64,000 bases of DNA from Spirochaetes bacterium RBG_16_49_21 (lineage in GTDB: Bacteria > Spirochaetota > UBA4802 > UBA5550): the NCBI GenBank assembly GCA_001829495.1, contig MIBJ01000049.1:2101-66100 (forward strand), in the 5' to 3' direction. The notes below the pieces were generated by a model that worked only from the letters and a program-made list of their open reading frames with translations, was not told the origin of the DNA and did not search any database. The first letter of the stretch is position 1, and the number at the start of each line of letters is the position of its first letter. Of this stretch, positions 45,428-55,871 are shown one piece after another. The position numbers and the translations under genes are program-made.

Positions 45428-46126
45428 TTACTTGAACTCGCGCAGGTTGATAAGGGATATAAACTCGAATTTTTCATCTTGTGCCTGGTAGTTTTTCACG
45501 ACGAGCGTGATTTTTACTGCCCGGGGAAACAGGTTGTTCTGCCGTGAATCCCATAAACTGTCCCAATCGTTACCCTTCATGAACTCGAATTTCAGGCTCA
45601 CGACGTTTTTCAGGAGAATATTGTCGGTCCCGCCGGTCAGCGGCTCGTCGCCGTAATGCAATTTCTCGCGTTTTATCAGGCCATACAGCCCCGGCGCGGC
45701 TTTGTCGGCCTTCAGGTAATACCCGACTTCTTTTATGTCGCTGACCGGGCACGGTTTTGTCGGGTCGCCCGTGAAATTAAAGTCATTATGGTTCACGGTG
45801 ATAAAGTTGAGATTGTTGTTGCCGGCAGCCTCCTCGCTGACGAAAAAAGTCTTTTTGTTGTTCCGGGTATAATAGGTGTTAGAGATGTCCATGTCGATCT
45901 TGGACATGGACAAATTGACGTTCTCATAGAATTCCGCATGGCCGGTCGCCCTTTTGATGGAGTTTACTATCGACCGGTACGATGTGTACACGATCATGAG
46001 TATGATCGACGCGATTGCGGAAGCGACCAGGATCTCGATCAGGGTAAATCCGGCGCCGCCCGACGGCATATCCCCTCTTTCGCGGACTGCAATCGCAGCG
46101 CTGTGGTGCGTCATTCGCTCGCTCAT
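45428..46126 (-). CDS. gspJ: Type II secretion minor pseudopilin GspJ-like
   Basis: Prepilin-type N-terminus GAGFTLIEILVASAIASIILMIVY. The ATG at 46126 overlaps the gspI stop (ATGA). Confidence 0.55.
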   Translation of the reverse strand: MSERMTHHSAAIAVRERGDMPSGGAGFTLIEILVASAIASIILMIVYTSYRSIVNSIKRATGHAEFYENVNLSMSKIDMDISNTYYTRNNKKTFFVSEEAAGNNNLNFITVNHNDFNFTGDPTKPCPVSDIKEVGYYLKADKAAPGLYGLIKREKLHYGDEPLTGGTDNILLKNVVSLKFEFMKGNDWDSLWDSRQNNLFPRAVKITLVVKNYQAQDEKFEFISLINLREFK

Positions 46127-46512
46127 TGTGATTGATATATATACGATATTTTGTATTCCCGCTCTTTTCCCTTCTCGCTCCAGTTCACGATGATGTCGGT
46201 AATGTTCACCGGTATGGGCCCCTGAAACCATGGGTGCTCGAACCGCCGGGTGATCCGGGTGAAGTGGAATTTCGGGTATTCTTTTGATTCCTCATGCTTG
46301 ATATCGGTTCCCCGCATATTATTCAGAATAAATTCATTCATCCTGCTCCGGGCGATGAGTATGGCTTTCGTGTAATTTTTCATCCCCGTTATGACGTATA
46401 TGGAGGAAGACACGCCGGAGATCACGGAGAGAAGTACCATCGATAATATCGCCACCGCGATCAGAATCTCGACCAGGGCAAACCCTTTTTTCCCGCAGGG
46501 GTTTTCATTCAT
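46123..46512 (-). CDS. gspI: Type II secretion minor pseudopilin GspI-like
   Basis: Prepilin-type N-terminus MNENPCGKKGFALVEILIAVAILSMVLL, about 130 aa in total. The alternative start at 46542 would overlap gspH by 38 nt. Confidence 0.55.
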   Translation of the reverse strand: MNENPCGKKGFALVEILIAVAILSMVLLSVISGVSSSIYVITGMKNYTKAILIARSRMNEFILNNMRGTDIKHEESKEYPKFHFTRITRRFEHPWFQGPIPVNITDIIVNWSEKGKEREYKISYIYQSQ

Positions 46513-47095
46513 TTTCAGGCTCAAACGATGCATATCCGTCAATCACCTGGGGCTCTTTGATATGCTTGTTGATTTTAATCGACCGCTTGAACTCGCCCTT
46601 GACCAGTATGTGTATTATGACGTTATCCGAATAGCCCTGGGGATAGAACGGTATCCAGGCATTGCCGCCGGTAAGTTTTTCCCCGTTGGCCAGCAGAACC
46701 TCCTCGATCAGGAATTTGTCAGGGGGGAATTCGCGCCACTTCAGCGATTTCCGTTTATTCTCAACGAAGCTCCCTTTAATGATATTAATGACCGATACGG
46801 CGTTGTGACGGTTGAGTATATCCTTGTTTAATTCCGTCTCCTCAGCGTTCGGACTCTGCAGATGAACGACAAGATAATTGATTTTATTATGTAAAAAAGA
46901 GTCGTCGAAGGTTTTGGCGATCATTCCCGTGAAAATCGCGAAGCTGTCGCGCTCGCTGTTGATGACGCGGGATATCCGCGGCGTTACGATCAGGAAGAGA
47001 ATCGAGAGAACAACGATGACGATCGCCATCTCTATGAGGGTGAAGCCGCTGGAATCCGCCAGTACCCTATTTTTGAGCCTTACAAAAACATTCAT
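46505..47095 (-). CDS. gspH: Type II secretion minor pseudopilin GspH-like
   Basis: Prepilin-type N-terminus SSGFTLIEMAIVIVVLSILFLIV. 196 aa, positioned after gspG. Confidence 0.55.
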   Translation of the reverse strand: MNVFVRLKNRVLADSSGFTLIEMAIVIVVLSILFLIVTPRISRVINSERDSFAIFTGMIAKTFDDSFLHNKINYLVVHLQSPNAEETELNKDILNRHNAVSVINIIKGSFVENKRKSLKWREFPPDKFLIEEVLLANGEKLTGGNAWIPFYPQGYSDNVIIHILVKGEFKRSIKINKHIKEPQVIDGYASFEPENE

Positions 47096-47107
47096 GTGAT
47101 GAGACGG

Positions 47108-47548
47108 CTATTGCTCCCAGCTTTTAATGTCGCTGTTGAAACCCTCGCCGCCCTCCTTACCGTCTGCGCCGTAGCTCCATATCTCATATTCATCGGGAGT
47201 GATCTCTCCCGGAAACCGGTAGTGATACGGGTTGCCCCAGGGATCCGGGGGGATTTTTTTTATCAGCCCTTCCTTGACGAGGGCTTCCAGGCCTTCCTCT
47301 GTCGCGGGGTAATGGCCCTTCTCGTTGTTGTACAGCTCCAGAGGGGTTTGGAACTGCTGGATCTGTAATCGTGCTGCGGTCGCCCTGGCTCTTTTGGGAT
47401 AGTTGAGGACATTGGGTATGATAATCGCGCTCAGGATGGCGATGATGGTCACGACTATCATGATTTCTATCAGGGTGAAGCCTTTGTTTGATCGCAGGCG
47501 CGCGAGGATCCGCTGGAATGCTCCGGCAATTCTTTCTTGTATCTTCAT
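47108..47548 (-). CDS. gspG: Type II secretion major pseudopilin GspG
   Basis: 146-aa ORF with KGFTLIEIMIVVTIIAILSAIIIPN and DPWGNPY..GADGKEGGEG, characteristic of GspG. Confidence 0.85.
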   Translation of the reverse strand: MKIQERIAGAFQRILARLRSNKGFTLIEIMIVVTIIAILSAIIIPNVLNYPKRARATAARLQIQQFQTPLELYNNEKGHYPATEEGLEALVKEGLIKKIPPDPWGNPYHYRFPGEITPDEYEIWSYGADGKEGGEGFNSDIKSWEQ

Positions 47549-47593
47549 TCAGGTCTCCTTTCTTTATGGTTCATTTAGTTTACTCAATTTTTT

Positions 47594-48847
47594 TCACTGC
47601 ACCAGCAGGTTCATCTGCGTTATCGGCAGGATGACCGACATGACGATCGTGGCGATGATTATCCCCATGATAATGATGATAATCGGCTCTATAAGACTTG
47701 TCAGGCTGGTGATCGTAAGGTCCAGCTCCGTCTCGTACACGTTGCCGATATTCAGGAGCATCGTGTCCAGATTGTCGCTTGCTTCACCCGCGGTTATCAT
47801 TCCCAGGACAAGCTTGGGGAGGAATTCGGATTTGTTCAGCGAGTTGGCCACGGTTGCTCCTTCTTTAATCTTCTTGGCTGCTTCCTCGATCTTCGCTTCT
47901 ATAATGACGTTCCCGACAATTTTTTTCACAATCTCGAATGATTTGATGATATCCACCTTGTTGTTTAACAGGATTCCCAGGTTCTGGGTGAATCGGTATA
48001 CGATGAGCCTCTTGTAGAGATTTTTCAGCAACGGAATCCTGAGCTTCAGGTCATCGACCTTTGTCCTTCCCTCGCTCGTGCGAATGTAGCGATTGTACAG
48101 GTATATGAGCAGCAGTGCGGCAATGGGGATGAGAAACCAGAAGTTGGAGAGGAAGCCGCTTATACCGATAACTATCTTGGTGGGAATCGGCAGCTCTCTT
48201 TTCTGATCCGCGAACATATCGGCAATGGTCGGAATGACGTTGACCATGAGGAACGTCATAACGCCGGTGGCGAAAAGGAACATGAAAGCAGGATACCAGA
48301 GCGCGGAGCGTATTTTGGCCGTGAGGATATTTTTTTTCTCCTCTAAATCGGCAAGCCGGGCTATGACCTGGTCGAGGGAGCCCAGGCTTTCCCCGACCCT
48401 CACCATGCTGACGTACATGTCCGAGAAGACCACCCGGTGCTGTCCCAGAGCGTTGGAGAATGAAGAGCCCTGCTCGAGCTTCTCTTTTATATCGGCGATC
48501 ACGTGTTTAAAGTGCTTGTTGTCTATCTGTTCGACAATGTCGGTGATGGCCACCGGGAGCGGCAAGCCGGCTTTCAGCAGCGTGGCCAGCTGCCGTGAAA
48601 AGAGGCCGATTTCCTTGGCGCTGAGGCGGATGTTGAGCAAATCGTAAAATTTATGAACAGCAGCCTTGAAGGCGCCTCCGGCTTGGTGGAGGTTGTTGTC
48701 TTTTGACGCGAGATCATCCCTTTGCAGCTTTACCAGGTACAACCCCTGGCTGCGGATCTTCTGCTTCGCACTTGTCTCCGAAGGGGCGTCAATATAATCC
48801 GAGACGCTTTCTCCTTTTTTGTCCAGGGCCTGGTATTGGAAAATCAT
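47594..48847 (-). CDS. gspF: Type II secretion inner-membrane platform protein GspF
   Basis: 417-aa ORF with a duplicated GspF/PilC domain and three TM segments, positioned between gspE and gspG. Confidence 0.85.
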   Translation of the reverse strand: MIFQYQALDKKGESVSDYIDAPSETSAKQKIRSQGLYLVKLQRDDLASKDNNLHQAGGAFKAAVHKFYDLLNIRLSAKEIGLFSRQLATLLKAGLPLPVAITDIVEQIDNKHFKHVIADIKEKLEQGSSFSNALGQHRVVFSDMYVSMVRVGESLGSLDQVIARLADLEEKKNILTAKIRSALWYPAFMFLFATGVMTFLMVNVIPTIADMFADQKRELPIPTKIVIGISGFLSNFWFLIPIAALLLIYLYNRYIRTSEGRTKVDDLKLRIPLLKNLYKRLIVYRFTQNLGILLNNKVDIIKSFEIVKKIVGNVIIEAKIEEAAKKIKEGATVANSLNKSEFLPKLVLGMITAGEASDNLDTMLLNIGNVYETELDLTITSLTSLIEPIIIIIMGIIIATIVMSVILPITQMNLLVQ

Positions 48848-48871
48848 TGGTCATTTTTCTCCCGCTGAGGA

Positions 48872-50575
48872 TCAGCTAACGCGCAGCACCTCTTCGACGG
48901 TGGTGATCCCCTGTATGGCCTTCTTTAACCCGTCTTTAAGAAGGGTGTTCATGTCTTCATCCCGTATTGCGTGTTCCGTGATAATCGGCGCTTCGCTGTG
49001 GCTCATGATAAGCTTTCGCACGCCCGGGGTAAGGATCAGAAGCTCAAAGATCCCGATCCTTCCGGAATACCCGGTATTCATGCATTCGTCGCACCCCTTT
49101 CCGCGAAAGAGCTTCCCGTTCTTGAGCTGCGAATGCTTGATCCCGAGCTCCGAGAGCAATTTAGAAGGCGGCTTGTATGATTCTTTGCAGGCGGGGCAGA
49201 TTTTTCTAACCAGCCGCTGCGCCAGGTATGCATTGACCGAAGAGGTTATAAGAAAGGGCTCGATCCCCATGTCGATGAGCCGGGTTATGCCGCTCGCGGC
49301 GTCGTTTGTGTGCAGGGTCGAGAAGACCCGATGGCCGGTAAGCGCGGCCTGAACCGCGATTTCAGCAGTCTCCAGGTCGCGGATCTCGCCGACCATGACG
49401 ATGTCCGGGTCCTGCCTGAGGATGGAGCGCAGACCGTTGGCGAAGGTCAGGTTGATTCCCGGCTTGACCTGCATCTGGCCGATTCCGGGGATCTGATATT
49501 CAATGGGGTCTTCGACCGTGAGGATATTCACATCCTCGCTTTTGAGCTTGCTGAGAACGCTGTAGAGGGTGGTTGATTTGCCGCTGCCGGTCGGGCCGGT
49601 GACCAGGACGATGCCGTAGGTTTTTTTTATGAGATCGTTGAAATTTTTCAGGGTCGATTCATCGAATCCGATCGCGCTCAAATCAAAGCTCATGTCGGAT
49701 TTATTCAGTATGCGGAGCACGATCCGCTCGCCGTAGTAGGTGGGGAAGGTGGAGACCCTGATGTCGATATCCTTGCCCGCTATTTTAAGCTGAATCCTGC
49801 CGTCCTGGGGCAGCCTGTTCTCCGCAATGTTCAGGTTGGCCATGATCTTTATCCGGGACATGATCGCGCCCTGGTACTTTTTCGGCGGCGTGTACATGTT
49901 GTACAGGATGCCGTCGATCCGGAACCGGATAACGAGCTCCTTCTCATACGGCTCAATATGGATATCGCTGGCCCGGTCCATGACCGCCTGCTTGATCGCC
50001 GTGTTGACCAGCCGTATTATGGGCGCCTCGTTGGCCATGTCCATTATGTCGACGGTTTCGGCGATCGTGGAGGTGAGAATCTCAAAATCGGATTCTTCCA
50101 GGTCCTCTATGACATCGTCCGTGGATTCAGCCTTGAGAATGTTGAAATGGGTAGTGATGATCCTGAGGATTTCCTCTTCAGTGGTGAGAATTGCTTCAAA
50201 GTCATACTGGGGAAATAGCATTTTGAGATCGTCGAGCGGTTGTATGTTCAGGACGTCGGCGATGCCCACCAGGATGGTATCGCCTTTTTTTTTGAAGGGC
50301 ATTATCTTATTGTTCTTCATGAATTGAACCGGTATGGCGGCAAAGAGCTGGTCCGGGTCGTCAAAATCGAGGCGGGGCTCGAAGCTGATATTATACTGTT
50401 CAGCCAGGCATGCCAGGATATCCTCTTCCGTCGCCATTCCCTTCTTGGTCAGGAGCTGCCCCAGGCGAAGCGACGTGCCCCGCTGGGCAATGAGCGCCTC
50501 CTGCAGCTCCTCGGCGGATATGACATTCCGGTCTACTAAAATTTTTCCCAGGTGCCTGGTCTTCAGCGTTGCCAT
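48872..50575 (-). CDS. gspE: Type II secretion ATPase GspE
   Basis: 567-aa ORF with Walker A VTGPTGSGKSTTLY, Asp/His boxes, and the tetracysteine motif CPACK..CDECMNTGYSGRIG. Confidence 0.9.
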   Translation of the reverse strand: MATLKTRHLGKILVDRNVISAEELQEALIAQRGTSLRLGQLLTKKGMATEEDILACLAEQYNISFEPRLDFDDPDQLFAAIPVQFMKNNKIMPFKKKGDTILVGIADVLNIQPLDDLKMLFPQYDFEAILTTEEEILRIITTHFNILKAESTDDVIEDLEESDFEILTSTIAETVDIMDMANEAPIIRLVNTAIKQAVMDRASDIHIEPYEKELVIRFRIDGILYNMYTPPKKYQGAIMSRIKIMANLNIAENRLPQDGRIQLKIAGKDIDIRVSTFPTYYGERIVLRILNKSDMSFDLSAIGFDESTLKNFNDLIKKTYGIVLVTGPTGSGKSTTLYSVLSKLKSEDVNILTVEDPIEYQIPGIGQMQVKPGINLTFANGLRSILRQDPDIVMVGEIRDLETAEIAVQAALTGHRVFSTLHTNDAASGITRLIDMGIEPFLITSSVNAYLAQRLVRKICPACKESYKPPSKLLSELGIKHSQLKNGKLFRGKGCDECMNTGYSGRIGIFELLILTPGVRKLIMSHSEAPIITEHAIRDEDMNTLLKDGLKKAIQGITTVEEVLRVS

Positions 50576-50578
50576 GGA

Positions 50579-52387
50579 TTATTTTTTCCTCAATCCCTTT
50601 TGGGTCTCCATCTTCTGTTTGGAGATGGACTCCAGTGTTTCCCTTTTGGTCATAATATGGGGCGTGATGAATACCAGCAGGTTCGATCTGCTGTAGCTCA
50701 CCGATTTATGCTTGAATAACCATCCGAGAACCGGGATGTCGCCGAGCACGGGAACCTTTGTCTCGGATACGTTTTTCCTGTTTTGGATGAGTCCGCCGAC
50801 CACGATGGTCATGCCGTCATACACGGTGACTTTTGTTTTGATGTCCCTTTTGCCGACCGTCGGCGGGATTATGGCGCCGCTGGAGAGGGTCTGCGTAGTT
50901 CCGATGATGGTATTGGCTTCCTGGTACAGGTCGAGGGTGATCCGCTGTTTCTTGGTTATATGAGGGGTGAGTTTCAGCTTAATGCCCACGGTTTTGTATT
51001 CGTAGGTCTGGAAGGTTGTATTCTGGTCCGTGATCCGGTTGTTGGTCGGCACGCTGATCTCTTCGCCCACGTTCAATTCGGCTTCGCTGTTGTCCACGGT
51101 CAGGATCTGCGGCGTTGAGAGGATGTTGAAATTGCTGTCGGTGGCGGACGCGTTGAGAACAGCGAATCCGAGCACGTCGATGTCGGGCACGTAGCCGAGC
51201 TGGAAGCCGGTATTAAGAGGCACCGCGAGCTTCTTATCGCCGGCGAAGTCGGGAACTTTAAAGTTCATTTTGCTCAGGTCATCGATGTATGAACTGCCGA
51301 AGATATGTTTCCCCTTCTGGGTGCCGAGCATCCATTCTATGCCGAACCCCCAGCCGTTATCCGCGCTGACCTCCACGATCATGGCCTCGATCAGGACCTG
51401 GTCGCGCACGATATCGAGCTCTTTGATGATCCGGTATATCTCATTGAATTCCTCCGGCTTTGCGGTTACAATGAGGGAATTGGTCGACTTGTTCGCGATG
51501 ATGGAAAGCTTGGTCTGTTTTTGAGGCTCCGTCCCGTATTGCTTGGTCACCCGTCTCATTTTATCGGAGGGCGCTACTTGCTGGGGTACGGGCATCGGGG
51601 ATGTTTCGATCCGCGCAGTATCGGAAAAGGGGATGCGCGAAAGAACGTTTGCAAGGTCTTCGGCGTTCGCATTTTCAAGATGAACCACATTTATCAGTCC
51701 CTTTACCTGAACTTTTTTTTCATCTTTGCCGTACTTGGTGTCAATTGACTGGGCGATCCTGATAAGCGCATTCACGTCCGACGTGAGCCCGGTCACAATC
51801 AGCAGATTCAGCGATTGGTAAACAACGATTTCCGTTGATTTGGGTTTCAGCGACCGTAGTGCGGTGGCGACCTCGTTCGCGTCCGCGTTCTTCAGCTCCA
51901 GGATGTAGGTGATCGAGTGCTCGTCGCTGACGGTCTCCCGTATGGTTTTACCGTCGACGATGATATCCGCATTTTTTTTCACCGCTTCTTCAATGGGCAG
52001 AATCTTTATGAGGTTTGCCGTTTCAACGACGGCCAGCCCTTTCACCTCAAGGATCGCCTTCATGACATTGTAGGCTTCGCTGACGGGCACCTTCCGGGCG
52101 GAGCTGATCGAGATCTTTCCCTTGACCCGGTCGTCGATTATTATATTTTTCCCGATAAGCTGCCCCATAATGTTGATGAATTCGGCGATATCGACGTCTT
52201 TAAAGTTGAGTGCGAATTTTTTTTCCCCTGCCGGCTTTTTCACTTTCGGGGCGTTTTTTTGCGGCGCCGCGATCAGGAGGCTGGGCCGGCGATTTTCACC
52301 ACCATCCATGATGTGAAGAAAAACAAATATCGCCGCGGCCAGGAAAAACAGGGGAGTCTTCCTGATGGTTGAAACATTCATGAGCAC
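50579..52387 (-). CDS. gspD: Type II secretion outer-membrane secretin GspD
   Basis: 602-aa ORF with a signal peptide, N0-N3-like repeats and the C-terminal secretin core (VVGGLIQNRKNVSETKVPVLGDIPVLGWLFK). Confidence 0.9.
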   Translation of the reverse strand: MLMNVSTIRKTPLFFLAAAIFVFLHIMDGGENRRPSLLIAAPQKNAPKVKKPAGEKKFALNFKDVDIAEFINIMGQLIGKNIIIDDRVKGKISISSARKVPVSEAYNVMKAILEVKGLAVVETANLIKILPIEEAVKKNADIIVDGKTIRETVSDEHSITYILELKNADANEVATALRSLKPKSTEIVVYQSLNLLIVTGLTSDVNALIRIAQSIDTKYGKDEKKVQVKGLINVVHLENANAEDLANVLSRIPFSDTARIETSPMPVPQQVAPSDKMRRVTKQYGTEPQKQTKLSIIANKSTNSLIVTAKPEEFNEIYRIIKELDIVRDQVLIEAMIVEVSADNGWGFGIEWMLGTQKGKHIFGSSYIDDLSKMNFKVPDFAGDKKLAVPLNTGFQLGYVPDIDVLGFAVLNASATDSNFNILSTPQILTVDNSEAELNVGEEISVPTNNRITDQNTTFQTYEYKTVGIKLKLTPHITKKQRITLDLYQEANTIIGTTQTLSSGAIIPPTVGKRDIKTKVTVYDGMTIVVGGLIQNRKNVSETKVPVLGDIPVLGWLFKHKSVSYSRSNLLVFITPHIMTKRETLESISKQKMETQKGLRKK

Positions 52388-52397
52388 ATCCTTTGCA

Positions 52398-53270
52398 TTA
52401 TTCTGTTATATTGAAATCAAATCGTACATTTTGTCCCGCTCGTTCTATATCAACGGAAATCTTAGGGTCATTTTTCACCGCTTCCCACATGGAGTAGAGT
52501 TTTTGCGTGCTGTCAAGTATCTGGCCGTTGATTCGTTTAATTATGTCGCCGCTCCGCGCGCCGAACCGGTAAAGGATGTTATAGGGCCGGACGTTGATGA
52601 GCCGGTAGCCGACTACCTGCCCGTTGACGCGGTAGGGCCCCGCCTGTAATCCGCGCAGGGCGTTGTCGAGATTATTGAAAACTTTTTGTTTTATCTCGGA
52701 CCTGCTTAGAGTCTGGGCGAATTGTCCTCCCGTCGCCGGCTGATTCGCGGCGGGAGAAAGGTTTGCCTGAGGAGGCCCCACCGCCTTTTTAGCGAACAGA
52801 TCAAGCGTCACCTTCTGGCCGCCTGTTTCAATGTATACCCGCGTATCGGCTATGGCCACCAGCCTGTTGCCGTACACATCATTGGTGACCTCACTGCTGA
52901 ATTTATACAGGGCAAATACCCCCGGGTTTTTTTCGCCGTTTTTCATGATCATGGCCCGGGCAATGCTCGTCGGGCCGGTTATGGTCCCCAGCAAGGTTAA
53001 TTCGCTTATGGAGCCGGCGACATTCTGACCCTCTCCAACCAGATCATTCGGGCCGGGAATCTTAAAGAATCCGCTGTCGATTATTACTTTATAGTCATCG
53101 AATTTTTTTCTCATGGCGCCGGCAAAATTTTTTTTATTGATCTTCGGAGCCGGATTATTATAAGATAGCGACATATTGTATCGCACGATCTGATTAATAG
53201 TTGAAGCGAGTATATACGAAAAAAACAATACCGATAGTATATTTAACGCGTGGTATTTTAAATTCTGCAT
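52398..53270 (-). CDS. gspC: Type II secretion protein GspC (PDZ-containing)
   Basis: 290-aa ORF with an N-terminal TM segment and a C-terminal PDZ-like segment (GYRLINVRPYNILYRFGARSGDIIKRINGQ). It is the first gene of the cluster. Confidence 0.65.
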   Translation of the reverse strand: MQNLKYHALNILSVLFFSYILASTINQIVRYNMSLSYNNPAPKINKKNFAGAMRKKFDDYKVIIDSGFFKIPGPNDLVGEGQNVAGSISELTLLGTITGPTSIARAMIMKNGEKNPGVFALYKFSSEVTNDVYGNRLVAIADTRVYIETGGQKVTLDLFAKKAVGPPQANLSPAANQPATGGQFAQTLSRSEIKQKVFNNLDNALRGLQAGPYRVNGQVVGYRLINVRPYNILYRFGARSGDIIKRINGQILDSTQKLYSMWEAVKNDPKISVDIERAGQNVRFDFNITE

Positions 53271-53610
53271 GAATTAAAGAACCTTGATATATCTGAGAAG
53301 ATAATACGACATAGTCCGTCTATTTTTTGATTAATGGTATCAGACTAAAAGGTACCCGCTTTTACTGATATGGATTAAACGTTTTAGTCAAGTAATTTAC
53401 GTCATCGCCTCTGATTTTGGCCGCACTTAATACGCGCATATTTTGTCATACAATTAGAAAAAACCATTTTACAATTGTTACTAAAAGAGCGCCTTCACCC
53501 GATCGCAGTCGGCCATGAAATTACCTCTTTTTCACTTGACGGTGATCTGATATGCAGTATTTATTGCGAATAATTCAATATTCTCCGGGTCGATAGTAAA
53601 CAAAATAATC

Positions 53611-55851
53611 ATGAAGTTTAAAAAAAAATATATCATCTATGCGTCGGTGATCGGAATCGTTATGGTTATCAATTTTCTATCCACGCTCCGGCTTTTTTTC
53701 ACTATCGCTTTTCCCGAACGCGAGATCAGGGAGGTCATTACCGAATTCTTCAAAAATAACCTCAACAAGGCGGTAAAATGCAATGAAGTTTTCATAGACT
53801 ACAACGGAAATATCATACTGATCGGTTTCGACGTGTCGATTACCAATGATTTCAACGACAATATAAGCTTCATTAAGTGCAAAAAGGGCGTCATAGACCT
53901 CGATTTTTTTAATCTTCTCGGAGGGAGGATAACGATCAGAGGGCTTAGGTTTTACAATGCCGAGATCACCTTCCCTAAAAAATACGGGAGGAGCCACATC
54001 GAATCCCTGTATCAGATTATTGATTTGTCCAAATTCTTCACAAGGGTACGGGATGCGTACGCGCAGTTGCACATTGAATTTAAGCGTGCCACGGTCTATT
54101 ATAAGGAGTCTCTCAGGGGAAAGCAGGCGTCGATCGAGCTTTATAAAATCGATGCGGAGATCAATATTGAAAAAAATTCCGTCGATTATTATGCCGACGG
54201 TTCCATCAGATCCCATAAAACCGAGAGGATCCGCAATGGAAGCTTCTACTGCAAGGGAAATTTCGATTCACGCGGCGCCAATCCATCCAGCATACGGCTT
54301 AAAATCGATAATTTCGATTTAACCTATCTGAACGATTATATAGCTGAATACAAGCTCGCTGATATTTCCGTGTTCGGGGGGGCGTCCTGCGATCTGGAGT
54401 TCAGGGCCGGGGACGGCAGACGCTCGTTAAAAGGCCGCCTTGAGGCAAACAGCCTGACGGTGACCGATCGTGCAAATAAATTCAATATCGTCTCCGATGA
54501 GAATCTCAACGCCGATATCGATATAAAACAGGACGCGGCATTGAACAGCTACACCGTGTCCAAGCTTAATCTGTACGACGACGTATGCACGGTAAATGCA
54601 TCCGGCCGGTACGTAAGTAATAAGAATGATGAAAGAATAATCATTCACTACGGGACTAACAAGATCGATCTCTCCGATCTATCGCAGATTCTGACGCCGT
54701 ATTACAACATGCGCTATACCGGAACGGTTGAAAGCGATGGAACATTATTTCTCGACTTAAAAAACAACAGCGCGGCCGGGACAAAAATTGGCCTTGTAGT
54801 CGATAAATTTACATTGGTAACCAATGAAAAGGGAAATGACAAAACGATTATTGATGAATCAAATATGAGCATACGGTTAACCGAATCCGAGATGAGTATC
54901 CGTATTTTGCTAAAACCCTTAAACTCCGATCTTCTCATGAAAGGCACGACCCGGATATCGAGCTGGAGCCCTTTTAAATCAGACACGACAATGATCGTTG
55001 GGTCCCAAAGGCTTAATCTCAGCGTATTGTATCATTCGATCATCTACACGCTCAACAAAATTTTCGCCTCTGCGTATAATAAAAAAATAAGCGATGATAC
55101 CGTGCCTTTTCTGCAGAAGCCGGCGGGGAAGTTTTTAAATGATAACCGCATCGCGCTAACCGCCAAATTCGATTCTATTTTTTCAGGTCGGAAGAGGAAA
55201 TTGAGCGATCTGACTTTCGATCTGCAACTGAACAGGGGGATACTGGCGCTCGGCAATTTTTCCGTACAGGGGTGCGGGGCCGGATATGCGCTGTCTGCGC
55301 AGGCGTATTTCAACAGCGACCGGCCCTATATCAAGCTTGAAGGCGGTGTGCATGATATGGATCTTGCCGAACTATACGGCGGAACAGGCGCACGAGGGTT
55401 TATATCCGGAACGGCGGGCCTTGATTTCAGATATGAGCTTTCGGCGAACAGCCTCTCGGACATCCTGGAAAATTCCAAGGGAAGCCTGAACCTGCATATC
55501 ACCAACGGGGTGTTGCAGCATACAATGTTTCAAAATACATTAAGGAAGTTCCTCCGTAAAAACGGCTACCCGTCTGATTCTATCGGCACAATCAATTTTG
55601 AAAGCATAACCGTATCGATGTCGCAGACGGGCGAAAATTTCTGGTTCAGCAATTTTAGAATCCAGGGGGATACGCTTTCTTTTAACGGGGCGGGGGACTA
55701 TACCTACCCGGGAGGTTTAAGCAGCCGCGGGGGAATAACCGTCAAGAGAGAGGAATCCTCATCCTCCATTCCCCTCCGGTTGTATGGGCCGCTTCTTTCA
55801 CCCTGCATCGAGGTATATGATAAAAAAGACGCGCAGAAGACATGCTTCTAG
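53611..55851 (+). CDS. AsmA-family-like large envelope protein
   Basis: 746-aa ORF with an N-terminal anchor and a long beta-rich body. The C-terminal pattern (LNLHITNGVL..FESITVSMSQTGENFWFSNFRIQGDTLSFNGAGDY) resembles the AsmA C-terminal region. Confidence 0.5.
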   Translation: MKFKKKYIIYASVIGIVMVINFLSTLRLFFTIAFPEREIREVITEFFKNNLNKAVKCNEVFIDYNGNIILIGFDVSITNDFNDNISFIKCKKGVIDLDFFNLLGGRITIRGLRFYNAEITFPKKYGRSHIESLYQIIDLSKFFTRVRDAYAQLHIEFKRATVYYKESLRGKQASIELYKIDAEINIEKNSVDYYADGSIRSHKTERIRNGSFYCKGNFDSRGANPSSIRLKIDNFDLTYLNDYIAEYKLADISVFGGASCDLEFRAGDGRRSLKGRLEANSLTVTDRANKFNIVSDENLNADIDIKQDAALNSYTVSKLNLYDDVCTVNASGRYVSNKNDERIIIHYGTNKIDLSDLSQILTPYYNMRYTGTVESDGTLFLDLKNNSAAGTKIGLVVDKFTLVTNEKGNDKTIIDESNMSIRLTESEMSIRILLKPLNSDLLMKGTTRISSWSPFKSDTTMIVGSQRLNLSVLYHSIIYTLNKIFASAYNKKISDDTVPFLQKPAGKFLNDNRIALTAKFDSIFSGRKRKLSDLTFDLQLNRGILALGNFSVQGCGAGYALSAQAYFNSDRPYIKLEGGVHDMDLAELYGGTGARGFISGTAGLDFRYELSANSLSDILENSKGSLNLHITNGVLQHTMFQNTLRKFLRKNGYPSDSIGTINFESITVSMSQTGENFWFSNFRIQGDTLSFNGAGDYTYPGGLSSRGGITVKREESSSSIPLRLYGPLLSPCIEVYDKKDAQKTCF

Positions 55852-55871
55852 TGCCGCTCCCGCGCATTAAC

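Noticed and set aside
53536-53564. A possible sigma70 promoter (TTGACG ... TATTTA) upstream of the AsmA-like gene
   Set aside because: The -10 candidates match the consensus at only about 3 of 6 positions at 16-17 nt spacing. This is not strong enough to report as a feature.
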